From an uncultured Spirochaetota bacterium (GTDB lineage: Bacteria; Spirochaetota; Spirochaetia; SZUA-6; Fen-1364): DNA of 64,000 nt. The first letter of the stretch is position 1; every line of letters starts with the position of its first letter. This document shows, in pieces, positions 19,671 through 28,800 of this stretch. A program made the translations under genes and the position numbers. The DNA is taken from the NCBI GenBank assembly GCA_963734545.1, contig CAVTHO010000003.1, positions 64,001-128,000 on the forward strand, written 5' to 3'. The notes under the pieces are model-generated. The model did no database searches, was not told the DNA's origin, and worked only from the letters and a program-made list of their open reading frames with translations.

Positions 19671-21112
19671 GTGACGTTTCCAGCGGCAGGGCGCACCAGC
19701 GGCTCTGCCTTGTGGATTCTCAGGACCTTGAGCACCAGGGGAAATGCAACGAGATGAAGGAGGCACAGCTTGGCGAAGGAGAGCCGGTCCACGCTCTCAG
19801 GAGGTTTCCCGTCCTTCTTCTGCCGGGAACGCAGGCCGTCGAGCAGCGAACGAAAATAGCGAGGAAACCCGTATGTCCGTGCATACAGATGGACCAGCTG
19901 CCTGTAGAACTCCCTGCGGCTCAGACGGGTGGGCAGCACGGCGTGGCCGAGGTCATAGTATGAATAATCCTTGATGACCAGGCGGTCGTAGAGCTCCCGG
20001 TAGAGATCGGTGCCGGGAAGAGGAGTCAGGACCGTGTACGTGGGTTGAAAGAGGTCGCTCTCGCAGACATAGCGGAAGAGCGCCTGAAAATCACTCCTTT
20101 CAAAATCCGGATTGACGATAAAATGCGCGGAATTGCTGATCCCCATCCTCCGGAGAATGCGGATTGCCTCGTTGTTCGTTTCCACGGAGCTCCGCTTGTT
20201 GAGCGTAGAGAGTGTTTCTTCCCGGAAGGACTCGACACCAATCGTCAAGTGTGCCAGTCCCGCTTCCTTCAGGGCTTCCATGAGATCCGGATGCCGGGCC
20301 ACGGTATCGGCCCGGGCGTACATGGACAGCTTCTTTCGGATCTTCCTTTCCCGGATGAGCAGGGCAAGACGCCGGGCTCGCTCGACGTTGTGCAGTGTGT
20401 TGTCGTCGGCGAACTGGACGGATTCGATTTCATCACCGAGTGACGCCAGCTCTTCCACAACGGACTCCGGGCTGCGGGTGAGGTACCTGCCGTTCATGAC
20501 CTTCCAGCACGAACAGAACGTGCACCGGAAGGGGCAGCCCCGGCTGGACATCACCTGCGCGGTACGGCTCCGGGTCAGATCCCGGTAGCTTCCTCCATAC
20601 CTGGCCACCAGGTGCCGCGCGGGAAAGGGAATGCGGTCGAGATCCATTTCGAAAGATTCCGGCTGCGTGAACTCCAGCCTGCCGTTCCGGACCAGCGCAA
20701 GGTTATGGACTTCCGACAGATCCTTTCCGTCCTCGAGCCGGCTGACAAAGTCCTTGAAGGAAACGTCGGCCATCCCGAGGAAGATCGCGTCGACGGACGC
20801 CTCGGCAAAATCGGCAGGAAGAAACGTCGCATGGGTTCCTCCGGCGACCGTTACAATGCCGGCGTCAAACTTCTTGACCTCCCGAAGCGCCTGGAGGGCC
20901 ATGGGGACATCGCAGGTGTTGGCCGTCACGCCCACCAGGTTCGGCCGGAACTTCTCCAGCCTTGTCTGAAGATCACCATCGACTCTCATGTCCAGGATCT
21001 CGACCCTGTGATCCGGCACCGCGGCCGCAAGGTATTCGAGCTCCAGGGGATCGCCCCACATGGGAGCAAAGAAGACAGGACTGAGGCCAGGCTTGATCAG
21101 AAGAATCTTCAT
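19667..21112 (-). CDS. B12-binding radical SAM enzyme, HpnR-like methyltransferase
   Basis: PLELEYLAAA, GGTHAT cobalamin domain, SRGCPFRCTFC, LTPLPGT, HAVLPTRL..EFY. Confidence 0.85.
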   Translation of the reverse strand: MKILLIKPGLSPVFFAPMWGDPLELEYLAAAVPDHRVEILDMRVDGDLQTRLEKFRPNLVGVTANTCDVPMALQALREVKKFDAGIVTVAGGTHATFLPADFAEASVDAIFLGMADVSFKDFVSRLEDGKDLSEVHNLALVRNGRLEFTQPESFEMDLDRIPFPARHLVARYGGSYRDLTRSRTAQVMSSRGCPFRCTFCSCWKVMNGRYLTRSPESVVEELASLGDEIESVQFADDNTLHNVERARRLALLIRERKIRKKLSMYARADTVARHPDLMEALKEAGLAHLTIGVESFREETLSTLNKRSSVETNNEAIRILRRMGISNSAHFIVNPDFERSDFQALFRYVCESDLFQPTYTVLTPLPGTDLYRELYDRLVIKDYSYYDLGHAVLPTRLSRREFYRQLVHLYARTYGFPRYFRSLLDGLRSRQKKDGKPPESVDRLSFAKLCLLHLVAFPLVLKVLRIHKAEPLVRPAAGNVT

Positions 21113-21168
21113 GGCTGAACTCTCCTTTGTTTGCCGGTTTGCTGGTTCTCGCGGCATGCTTCCTTCTT

Positions 21169-21185
21169 TGCAATCGCAATGCCAA
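21169..21185 (-). promoter_or_regulatory. sigma54 (-24/-12) promoter
   Basis: TTGGCATTGCGATTGCA, GG-N10-GC. Confidence 0.7.
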
Positions 21186-21262
21186 GCTTCGTCCAAACGC
21201 CTATCTCATTCCGCCATAAACAATTGGATAATGTCATCGCCACCTCTTACGCCCGACGGGGC

Positions 21263-21298
21263 TGCAACCAGCGTTGCATGGAGCGGCAACTGGTTGCA
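21263..21298. promoter_or_regulatory. putative bEBP upstream activator sites
   Basis: Perfect TGCAAC-CAGC-GTTGCA palindrome plus adjacent GCAAC-TG-GTTGC. Confidence 0.55.
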
Positions 21299-21335
21299 GG
21301 AGCAGCCGTTGCTCGCTTCTTGTGCGATTCTGCTG

Positions 21336-22787
21336 TCAGCCACTTGCGGTCCGTGCATCTGTCGCAGCTTCCCCGGCTTCCCCGCTGCCGGGGGCTTCTT
21401 TCTTTCTGAGACTTTTCAGCACCGCGCCCTCGTTGTAGGCAAGGAAAACCGCCGTTGCGAGAACGCACACACACAGCGACACGACGGCGCTCACCCGGAT
21501 GCCGAGAGGATTCTCTACGGATTTTCCCAGCGTGAGAAAGAACGAGAACAGCAGGTTCCCGATCGCCATGCCGAGGTTGTCCACGAAGGCCCGGATCCCG
21601 AAAAACATCGCCGCCTTGAAGTCGCCGGTCTCGATGCCATCGGCTTCCGCGATGTCGGCCACGATCGCGTTGGGAATGATCCCCAGGGCCGCCATGGGCA
21701 GGGCGGCGAACGCCGCAACGGCGCAGGCGTACGGGAGCGCGCGCACGGGAAGGACGCCCATGACCGCGAAGAAGAGGAAGAGGAGGATGAGCAGGAAGAA
21801 TCCCGCGAGGAGCACTCTTTTCTTTCCCAGCCTCGCGGTGGCCTTGACGACGGGGTAGTAGAAGGCGAAGGAGAGAACGAACATCAGCGGCAGGAGGACG
21901 GAGGTGACCTCCTTGTCGAGCTTCAGCAGGGTGACCAGGTAGTAGACGAGCCCCACCTGCATCACCGTCTGACAGACGAAATAGAGAAGCTCCGTGACGA
22001 GCAGCAGGCGGAAATTCCTGTTGCGCAGGACCGAGCGAAGGGCCTGAATCGTCCCTTCCTTCGATACAGAGTGAGCCGCGTACTTCCTCTCGTCGATTAC
22101 GGCAACGGGCAGGAGCATGAGCACGAGGGAAAGCCCGCCGAAGACCATCTGAACCGCCTGGAAGGCGGAGACGGGGTCCATGCCGGATTGTTCGAAGACT
22201 CCCTGGAGCTGGTACACCTGGGTGCCGATGCCGAAGCCGAGAGCCCATGTCACGGAGATCATCGTGCTGATCAGCAGCCGTTCCCGGGGATTGTGCCCGA
22301 GCTCACTGATGAGCGCGTTGTATGGAGCCGTGTACATCACGAAAAAGAAGTAGAAGAGCAGGATGGCCGAAGCCAGCCATGCGGCATTGGCCCAGCCCGA
22401 CGCCAGGCTCGGCTGGCGGGAAAAATGCTGCAGCGGAACAAACACGAGCACCGAAAACAAGGAAAACGGAACGGCGCTCACGAGCATGAACAAGCGGCGC
22501 CGTCCCAGCCTTGCGGTTGAACGGTCGGACCAGGAAGCGATCAGGGGATTGGCAACGGAATCGAACGCCCTTCCGACAAAAGTGATCGCCCCGATCACCG
22601 TCAGCATGCCCGCAATCGCCCCCTGGTAGATGAAGGGCGGAAAGACTACGGTTGCAGCCGTGTCAGGCGGCATGTAGAAGTAATTGACCAGGTTGCCGAC
22701 CCCGTAAGAGGCCAGCGACCAGCCCAGCTGTCCGAGAGCGAAAATGATCAGCTTCGGGAATGGAAGCTTCTCTGGACCCCGCCGCAT
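21336..22787 (-). CDS. MFS transporter, GPH (MelB-like) family
   Basis: DSVANPLIASWSDRSTARLGRRR, PYNALISEL, ADIAEAD; about 12 TM. Confidence 0.88.
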   Translation of the reverse strand: MRRGPEKLPFPKLIIFALGQLGWSLASYGVGNLVNYFYMPPDTAATVVFPPFIYQGAIAGMLTVIGAITFVGRAFDSVANPLIASWSDRSTARLGRRRLFMLVSAVPFSLFSVLVFVPLQHFSRQPSLASGWANAAWLASAILLFYFFFVMYTAPYNALISELGHNPRERLLISTMISVTWALGFGIGTQVYQLQGVFEQSGMDPVSAFQAVQMVFGGLSLVLMLLPVAVIDERKYAAHSVSKEGTIQALRSVLRNRNFRLLLVTELLYFVCQTVMQVGLVYYLVTLLKLDKEVTSVLLPLMFVLSFAFYYPVVKATARLGKKRVLLAGFFLLILLFLFFAVMGVLPVRALPYACAVAAFAALPMAALGIIPNAIVADIAEADGIETGDFKAAMFFGIRAFVDNLGMAIGNLLFSFFLTLGKSVENPLGIRVSAVVSLCVCVLATAVFLAYNEGAVLKSLRKKEAPGSGEAGEAATDARTASG

Positions 22788-23047
22788 GAAGGCCTCCCCT
22801 GTTCTCAGCGTGAAACCGGAACCCGGTCCTTGCAGCAAGATCCGTGCCGAGAGGAGAAATCCTCCTATCTCTTCCTCATATCAGGAATTATCATCTTCAT
22901 CTGAATGAAGGCCACGGAGCGCCCCTGCAACTCAGGTTGCCGCAGAGTCCGAAGCTGAAGACCTGCATGTCGATGTCCGATACGGTCCGCGCGATGCCAC
23001 GTCCCAGGCGCTGGGCAGGTGCCCTCTAAAGGTAGCTTCTTTGCCTG

Positions 23048-23082
23048 GCAGGAGAGCGGTGGTTCGAATCCACTCATCCCGA
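23048..23082 (+). repeat. attR-like copy of tRNA-Pro 3' end (35 bp)
   Basis: Identical to 11838-11872. Confidence 0.93.
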
Positions 23083-23170
23083 AAGAATCAGAGGCTCCAA
23101 AATGAGTCTTGCCTTCCGCGCGAATCTGAAATATTTTTGTTGACAGGGGATCGCCTCGATAGATCCCTCT

Positions 23171-23220
23171 GGGTCCAGCCCATTCGGGGCTGGAGGTAAA
23201 GAATATGGTCGGGCCGCCAT
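23171..23220 (+). ncRNA. nhaA-I (Li+-I)-like riboswitch aptamer
   Basis: GGGU-hairpin(CCAGCCC/GGGCUGG)-AGGU-N9-GGUCGGGCCGCC upstream of a cation antiporter; motif match from memory. Confidence 0.65.
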
Positions 23221-23250
23221 AGGGGAGAAGCAATGTGGCGGTCTTTTTAT
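23213..23250 (+). terminator. terminator overlapping the aptamer 3' end
   Basis: GCCGCCAT...GTGGCGGT followed by CTTTTTATTT. Confidence 0.65.
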
Positions 23251-23319
23251 TTCGCCGGTGCTGATATGCCTTTCGCCGCATGCACGTCCCCGAATTCTCA
23301 CTCCGTGAAGGGGGAAGTC

Positions 23320-23448
23320 ATGAGCGGAACTACTATCTTCGTGATCGTCATCATCCTGATCTTTGTCGGCGTCATGGCGGGGTTCCAGATCTACATACAT
23401 TCGGGCAAGGACGACAGCGCAGAAAAGAAGGAGAACGCGCGGAAATGA
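23320..23448 (+). CDS. 42-aa single-pass membrane protein
   Basis: MSGTTIFVIVIILIFVGVMAGFQIYIHSGK...; RBS; ATGA overlap with antiporter. Confidence 0.7.
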   Translation: MSGTTIFVIVIILIFVGVMAGFQIYIHSGKDDSAEKKENARK

Positions 23449-24626
23449 ACGAGATCCTCCACCTGATGGAGTTCCAGATGACCTTCCTGCTCTTCGTTGC
23501 GCTCGCCGGCTACCTGCTCGCCTCCCGGATCAACCAATCCGCTGTCATTGGAGAGATCCTCGTGGGCCTCCTGGTGGGGCCCAGCGTACTTGGCTTGATC
23601 ACTTATACGGACTTCGTCTCCAGTCTCGCCCACCTGGGGGCGATCTTCCTCCTCTTCGTAGTCGGAATGGAGTTCAAGCTGGAGGATATTGCGAAGCCGC
23701 GCTATCTCCTGATCGCGATGGCGGGGGTGGTCGTCCCGTGGGTCATGGGATATGGCACGGCGGCCCTGTTCGGGTTCGCCTTCGGCGCCGCCCTGTTCGT
23801 CGGCACGGCGCTCACCGCAACGAGCATCGCAATCACCGCGAACGTGCTGAAGGAGATGGGGAAGCTGAAGACCGAGGCCGCGCGCGCCATCATTGGCGCC
23901 GCCGTCATCGACGACGTCCTGGGGCTTCTCGTGCTCGCGGTCAGCAATGGCGTGGTCGGAGGATCGCTGTCGGCGCTCGCGGTCGGCGGCCTGTTCCTCA
24001 AGGCGTTTCTCTTTCTCGGCGCCGGAGCCCTCGTCGGCCACTACGGCTTCCGGCGGCTCCTGGTGGCCATCGACGGAACATCCTTCACGAAGAGATATCC
24101 CGAGGTCACCTTCATCTTTGCCGCCATGATCGCGTTCCTTTACGGAGTGGCGGCTGAGGTCCTGGGCCTGTCGGCGATTGTCGGGGCATTCATAGCAGGA
24201 ACGTCCTTCGGCGGAATTGCTCTCCGGCACGGGAAGGACCTGCACCACGGATCGGAGGCGATCACCGCCATCTTCGCGTCGATTTTCTTCGTCTCCCTCG
24301 GCATCCTTGCCGATGTGCGCGCCCTGGATGGGCGCGTGCTCCTGTTCCTCGTGACGATCACGATCGTCGCCATCGCATCGAAGCTTCTTGGATGCGGAGG
24401 GACGGCGCTGCTGACGCGAAGCAGTCTCCGTGACTCCGCCGTCATCGGGTTCGGCATGTCGCCGCGGGGCGAAGTGGCGATGATCATCGCGCTGATCGGG
24501 CTGGATCGTGGATTGATCGGTCAGGACCTTTATGTCGCGATCATCCTCATGAGCCTCGTGACGACGATCCTGACACCGATCGTCCTCCGCAATTGGCTGT
24601 ACCGGGACGGGAAAGTGCGGGCCTGA
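23445..24626 (+). CDS. cation:proton antiporter (CPA2/NapA-like)
   Basis: VIGEILVGLLVGP, ATSIAIT, AAVIDDVLG, PRGEVA. Confidence 0.92.
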   Translation: MNEILHLMEFQMTFLLFVALAGYLLASRINQSAVIGEILVGLLVGPSVLGLITYTDFVSSLAHLGAIFLLFVVGMEFKLEDIAKPRYLLIAMAGVVVPWVMGYGTAALFGFAFGAALFVGTALTATSIAITANVLKEMGKLKTEAARAIIGAAVIDDVLGLLVLAVSNGVVGGSLSALAVGGLFLKAFLFLGAGALVGHYGFRRLLVAIDGTSFTKRYPEVTFIFAAMIAFLYGVAAEVLGLSAIVGAFIAGTSFGGIALRHGKDLHHGSEAITAIFASIFFVSLGILADVRALDGRVLLFLVTITIVAIASKLLGCGGTALLTRSSLRDSAVIGFGMSPRGEVAMIIALIGLDRGLIGQDLYVAIILMSLVTTILTPIVLRNWLYRDGKVRA

Positions 24627-24793
24627 GCCGTCGAACGCGTGTTTGGTGATATCGCACGGGGCTGTCGCACCTTGAGTCTTGACACCATATGATTTTGCTG
24701 GATACCTTATGATAGTTGCAGTGAGGGAGAACTCCAGAGTCTGCAGAAAAAACCGTTGGGGAGAGCGCGCGAGATACTTCGTGATACTGCGCC

Positions 24794-24840
24794 CCTGCTT
24801 GGGGAGCAGGAGAGCGGTGGTTCGAATCCACTCATCCCGA
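24794..24840 (+). repeat. 47-bp tRNA-Pro 3' remnant with GGG anticodon
   Basis: Matches 11826-11872 with one mismatch, at the wobble base. Confidence 0.92.
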
Positions 24841-24843
24841 CAC

Positions 24844-24917
24844 GCGTCCATAGCTCAGTTGGATAGAGCAACAGCCTTCTAAGCTGTGGGTCGCCTGTTC
24901 GAGTCAGGCTGGACGCG
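24844..24917 (+). tRNA. tRNA-Arg (TCT)
   Basis: GCGTCCA/TGGACGC acceptor, ACAGC-CTTCTAA-GCTGT anticodon arm, TTCGAGT T-loop. Confidence 0.95.
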
Positions 24918-25018
24918 CTATTGATTCCAGATATTCTGACGGGCGAACCAACCGGCAGCCTGAAGTCGTGTTTCGCCGGCACAATGGCTGCGAGCATTGT
25001 ACCCATCTGCAATGCAGG

Positions 25019-25126
25019 TGCAACCTACGTTGCGGAAGGGTAAGAATTCAAAGCGCCCGCTCTTTCTTCTAATTCATTATTATCAAAGGAAATAGGAAAA
25101 AAGACCCGCCTGGCATGGGAATTGCT
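25019..25126 (+). promoter_or_regulatory. activator palindrome plus sigma54 promoter
   Basis: TGCAAC-CTAC-GTTGCG at 25019-25034, AT-rich spacer, TGGCATGGGAATTGCT at 25111-25126. Confidence 0.65.
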
Positions 25127-25218
25127 GATTGATCAGCATGGGTGTCGCCGACAACTTTCATCCGAATGCGTCTGATCGCCCGGGTCGGGGGCACACATTA
25201 ACGGCGAGGGGGTCGCAT

Positions 25219-25896
25219 ATGTGGGGCAGGGACTGGCAAACAAGATCCGGCTTTTCGTCGGGATTCCACGCATCACTGATCGTCATTCTGATGATGGTGC
25301 CACTGGCAGCGCATGGAGAGTGGGAACTCCACACCTCAGCCTCGACTTTTATTGGCGACCTGGATCTCGAGGTGGATGGCGGCAAGGGCGGTCACTTTGA
25401 AAGTGATTACGAACTGGGATTCAGCTTTGGTCTGGCGTACTGGTTTGCCAAGGTTCCCGTCGTCGGCCTAGGGCTGGATGTTCAGGGAGGATTTGGTCAT
25501 GCGGGTTTCAACGCGTTTGGTCCCTGTGTGCTCATGCGAATTCCATTCGGTCAGAATTCCGCCTTCCCACATGGCAGAATTGTGCCCTACGTGGGAGCAG
25601 GGCCCGTTGTTCTGGCTATGGGCGACGAAGGTTTTGTGCTCAATGCAGAAGGGCTGCTTTTCAAAGCCGGCCTGGAGTGGATGATTCTCGGCTGGGCGGG
25701 GATCTCTATCGAAGCACGGTATCTGACGGGCGATCTGGAGGGGACCAGGACGGATAGCTACAGCGCATACTACCCCAGTGGAGGAGGTCCCTGGCCCTGG
25801 CGGGACCCATATTCGCAAACGTACTCCTTCACGAGCAAAGGCGTGGCTCAACTCGCCAATCTGCAGCTTGCCATTGGGATAGCTCTGCATTTTTAG
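25219..25896 (+). CDS. outer-membrane beta-barrel protein
   Basis: Signal-like segment, PYVGAG, amphipathic strands, C-terminal Phe (IGIALHF). Confidence 0.7.
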   Translation: MWGRDWQTRSGFSSGFHASLIVILMMVPLAAHGEWELHTSASTFIGDLDLEVDGGKGGHFESDYELGFSFGLAYWFAKVPVVGLGLDVQGGFGHAGFNAFGPCVLMRIPFGQNSAFPHGRIVPYVGAGPVVLAMGDEGFVLNAEGLLFKAGLEWMILGWAGISIEARYLTGDLEGTRTDSYSAYYPSGGGPWPWRDPYSQTYSFTSKGVAQLANLQLAIGIALHF

Positions 25897-25998
25897 TGAA
25901 TGAGTTTGCATGCAGATGATTGACTTCCTGCCGGGTGATTGTCATTGTGAGGGCCTGCCTCGATCACGCGGGGTTTTCAGTCCATGACAAGGTGAGCG

Positions 25999-26511
25999 TT
26001 GGCAGTATCCAGAGTGAAGCACCTTCTGACAATAGTTCTCTCCCGGTGCCGGCTTTCAGAGGACGGCGTGCACGGGATCGCTCATTGGGGTCGGGTCCTG
26101 GAGAACGGCCGCCGGCTGGCGCCGCACACGGGTGCCGATCCGCGCGTCCTGGAGTATTTCGCGGTCCTGCACGATTCGCAGAGACACGGGGACGGGCGTG
26201 ACCCGGCTCACGGGTCACGTGCCGCGGCGTTGTCCCGGGAGCTGCGCGCCGAGATCGACCTCGATGAGCACGCGTTTGCCCTCCTCGTCGAGGCATGTGA
26301 CTGCCATACGCGCGGAGCTCCCGCGCATGCTGACGGCACCATATTGACGTGCCTGGATGCGGATCGCCTGGACATTCCCCGGGTGGGGATGAAGATCAGG
26401 GTGGAGCTGCTCTACACGAAGGCTGCGCGGGACCCTGAAATCCTCGCGTGGGCCTCGGACAGGGCCGCGCGGCGCGTGACGCCTGCTGTTCTGTCGGAGG
26501 AATGGGGCTGA
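25999..26511 (+). CDS. HD-domain protein
   Basis: HGIAHWGRV, FAVLHD, HG, CLDADRLD. Confidence 0.85.
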   Translation: MAVSRVKHLLTIVLSRCRLSEDGVHGIAHWGRVLENGRRLAPHTGADPRVLEYFAVLHDSQRHGDGRDPAHGSRAAALSRELRAEIDLDEHAFALLVEACDCHTRGAPAHADGTILTCLDADRLDIPRVGMKIRVELLYTKAARDPEILAWASDRAARRVTPAVLSEEWG

Positions 26512-26523
26512 AGGAGGAAGAAT

Positions 26524-26997
26524 ATGGAAGACGCAAAGCTGCGCGAGCAGCTCGCCACTTCACTGAGCTGGCACGGGGCCCATCTGACCTTTGATCAGGC
26601 TGTCAAAGGATTTTCGCAGGAGCTGATCGGCAGGCGGGTGCCCGACCTCGCCCACACGGCGTGGCAGCTCGTCTCTCACCTCTGGATCACCCAGTGGGAC
26701 ATTCTCGAGTTCATCAGGGACCCGTCACACAAGTCTCCACAGTGGCCCCAGGGCTACTGGCCGGGGGAAGATTCTCCCCGCCCATTGTCTCTCTGGGAGG
26801 ATACCCTCGGAAAGTTCAGAAGCGATCTCAAGGCGATTATCAGCCTGGTGCGGGACGGGAAGAACGATCTCTTTGTTCCCTTCCCTCACGGTGAGGGACA
26901 GACTCTTCTTCGCGAGGCCCTGCTCGTCATTGACCACAACTCGTACCATGTCGGCCAGCTCGTGGATCTCCGAAGGCTTCTCGGCAGCAACCCCTGA
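26524..26997 (+). CDS. DinB family protein
   Basis: HTAWQLVSH, WPQGYWP, LREALLVIDHNSYHVGQ. Confidence 0.88.
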   Translation: MEDAKLREQLATSLSWHGAHLTFDQAVKGFSQELIGRRVPDLAHTAWQLVSHLWITQWDILEFIRDPSHKSPQWPQGYWPGEDSPRPLSLWEDTLGKFRSDLKAIISLVRDGKNDLFVPFPHGEGQTLLREALLVIDHNSYHVGQLVDLRRLLGSNP

Positions 26998-27012
26998 CGA
27001 AGGCGGAGGGCC

Positions 27013-27726
27013 TTACCGGCCTTTCATCAGCAGGCGCACATCGGTGACGATCTCGGACGGAGTGGCGTTTGCATCCAGGGACGCGCGGACCCTGCCGGAC
27101 GTGTCTATGATCCAGAACGGGACAGAATGCCCGACATCGTAGCCGCCGCCGAACTGTTCGATTATCCTTCCCGCCAGGGTGAGGTCCGGCTTCGAGAGCC
27201 CCCTGGTGACAAAGTCAGCTTCAGCGGCTGAATCGGAGTCTTTCCTGTGCGGAGTTTCGGCAGCAATTTCGACGCCGATCCCGTAGTTGGCCCACACGGC
27301 CTTTACCGACTCGAGAGGGCCCGTGACAAAAGACCATGCGTCCTCCAGCGCGAAAGCCCGGCTGTACGCGAGGTTTACTTCCGGGATGTCCCTTTTCGGA
27401 TCGGTTGTCACGGCCACAAAAGCTGCCTTGCCGGCGTCCCGGCCCAGAAGCGAAATGGCGTTCTTCACCTTCAGGGCAATGTAGGGACACGCATCCACGC
27501 AGTGCGTGTAGATGAATATGAGAACCACCACCCTGCCTTTTGTGTCCGCCATGTGAAACGCGGCGCCGTGTTGATCAGTTAGGGTGAAATCCGGGGCGGG
27601 AGACGCATGCTCCAGGACCGTGCCGACAAGGCCGGCTGCAGGCTGCTCGGTGTTGCCGCGGGCGGAAATCGAGAGCACGACACCGCACGCCAGGATCGCC
27701 GCGATTTGCACTTTCAACGGATTCAC
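27013..27726 (-). CDS. SCO family copper chaperone
   Basis: DFTLTDQHG, YTHCVDACP, DPKRD, conserved His. Confidence 0.88.
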   Translation of the reverse strand: MNPLKVQIAAILACGVVLSISARGNTEQPAAGLVGTVLEHASPAPDFTLTDQHGAAFHMADTKGRVVVLIFIYTHCVDACPYIALKVKNAISLLGRDAGKAAFVAVTTDPKRDIPEVNLAYSRAFALEDAWSFVTGPLESVKAVWANYGIGVEIAAETPHRKDSDSAAEADFVTRGLSKPDLTLAGRIIEQFGGGYDVGHSVPFWIIDTSGRVRASLDANATPSEIVTDVRLLMKGR

Positions 27727-27882
27727 TGGAAGGGCTCCCTCTTCCCCCTAAGATACGTTTTCCTTCCGCTGCTGGAAAGCGTAGATTCTGAAAAGGGGAG
27801 GACCGGACATGCGCACACCTGCTCATACGCGGCTGATAATCCGGCGGATTCGACCTGCCGATATGATAAGGGTGGGAAGGGG

Positions 27883-28800
27883 TTGAGCATCCGTCCGGTC
27901 CTTTGCACGTTTCTGGTCCATCTGCTGCTGATCACATTTGCCTGCCCGAGGGTGCAGGGAGAGACCGGGAAGACCCTTCCACCTCTTTCCGCTTCCCTCG
28001 ATCGGATTCTTGCGACTTCGCCGGTCCAGTGGCGCATACCGTCACACGAAACATTCCGTTGGGAAATGTTCCCCGACATCATCGTTCTCGACACGATCAG
28101 TTTCGCGACTCAGGACCGGATGTTTACCCGCCTTGCCTACTTCCTGGAAAAACGGGGGTTTCGAGGCAGGCTTCTTCGCAACACCCAGCTCGCAGGCAGG
28201 CACGGGTGGAACGCGCATGACTATGGGCCGGCCGGACTCGCCTCCTTTTTCAATGCGGCGGCGGACGCCCAGTTTCCGCTGAATGCTGAAGAGGTGGCCC
28301 TTCGCACGCTTGCCCTGGAGCAGGGAATCCTTTCCCGGTTCGGGGGCCGTTTTCAGCCGGGCAGGGGCGGAGTTCTCGCGCTGTCACGCTCGTCTTCTCC
28401 AATAGAGCGCCGGTATCTGCTGACTCATGAATCCTTTCACGGGATATTCTTCTCTTCGCAGGAATACCGTGATTTCTGCTTCCAGTTGTGGGACTCCCTC
28501 ACACCGGGAGAGCGGGACTTCTACAGGAGCTTCCTTGATTCCCTCGGGTACGACGGCACCGATGATCTTCTCGCGGTGAACGAGTTCCAGGCGTATCTCA
28601 TGCAGCAGCCTCTCGCATACGCCGCTGATTTTTTTGGGCGGTTCACAAAGCAGCTTGCACGGAACGGTTCGCACGGCTCAATCGATCCGGCCCGGCTGCT
28701 CGCGAGCGCCCGATCGCTTGATGCATTCCTCCAGGATCGATTCGGAATCAGCGCGGGCGGGACGCTGCGCATGGGCTCGGGCACGGAGATGGCGCGATGA
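27883..28800 (+). CDS. exported hypothetical protein with HExxH motif
   Basis: WNAHDY, LTHESFHG, NEFQAYL; start uncertain. Confidence 0.6.
   Translation: MSIRPVLCTFLVHLLLITFACPRVQGETGKTLPPLSASLDRILATSPVQWRIPSHETFRWEMFPDIIVLDTISFATQDRMFTRLAYFLEKRGFRGRLLRNTQLAGRHGWNAHDYGPAGLASFFNAAADAQFPLNAEEVALRTLALEQGILSRFGGRFQPGRGGVLALSRSSSPIERRYLLTHESFHGIFFSSQEYRDFCFQLWDSLTPGERDFYRSFLDSLGYDGTDDLLAVNEFQAYLMQQPLAYAADFFGRFTKQLARNGSHGSIDPARLLASARSLDAFLQDRFGISAGGTLRMGSGTEMAR

Larger units (their letters stand above)
11873..23082. mobile_element. genomic islet 1 integrated at tRNA-Pro 3' end (no integrase seen)
   Basis: 35-bp duplication of the tRNA 3' end at 23048-23082; visibly lower GC at about 11.9-15.8 kb. 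Confidence 0.75.
23083..24840. mobile_element. genomic islet 2 (riboswitch, small protein, antiporter)
   Basis: Flanked by two tRNA-Pro 3' fragments. Confidence 0.7.

Noticed and set aside
22844-23047. Integrase remnant beside the att copy
   Set aside because: No recognisable tyrosine or serine recombinase motif in any frame.
24770-24840. Second intact tRNA-Pro(GGG)
   Set aside because: No 5' acceptor strand or D-arm; only the 3' 47 nt are present.
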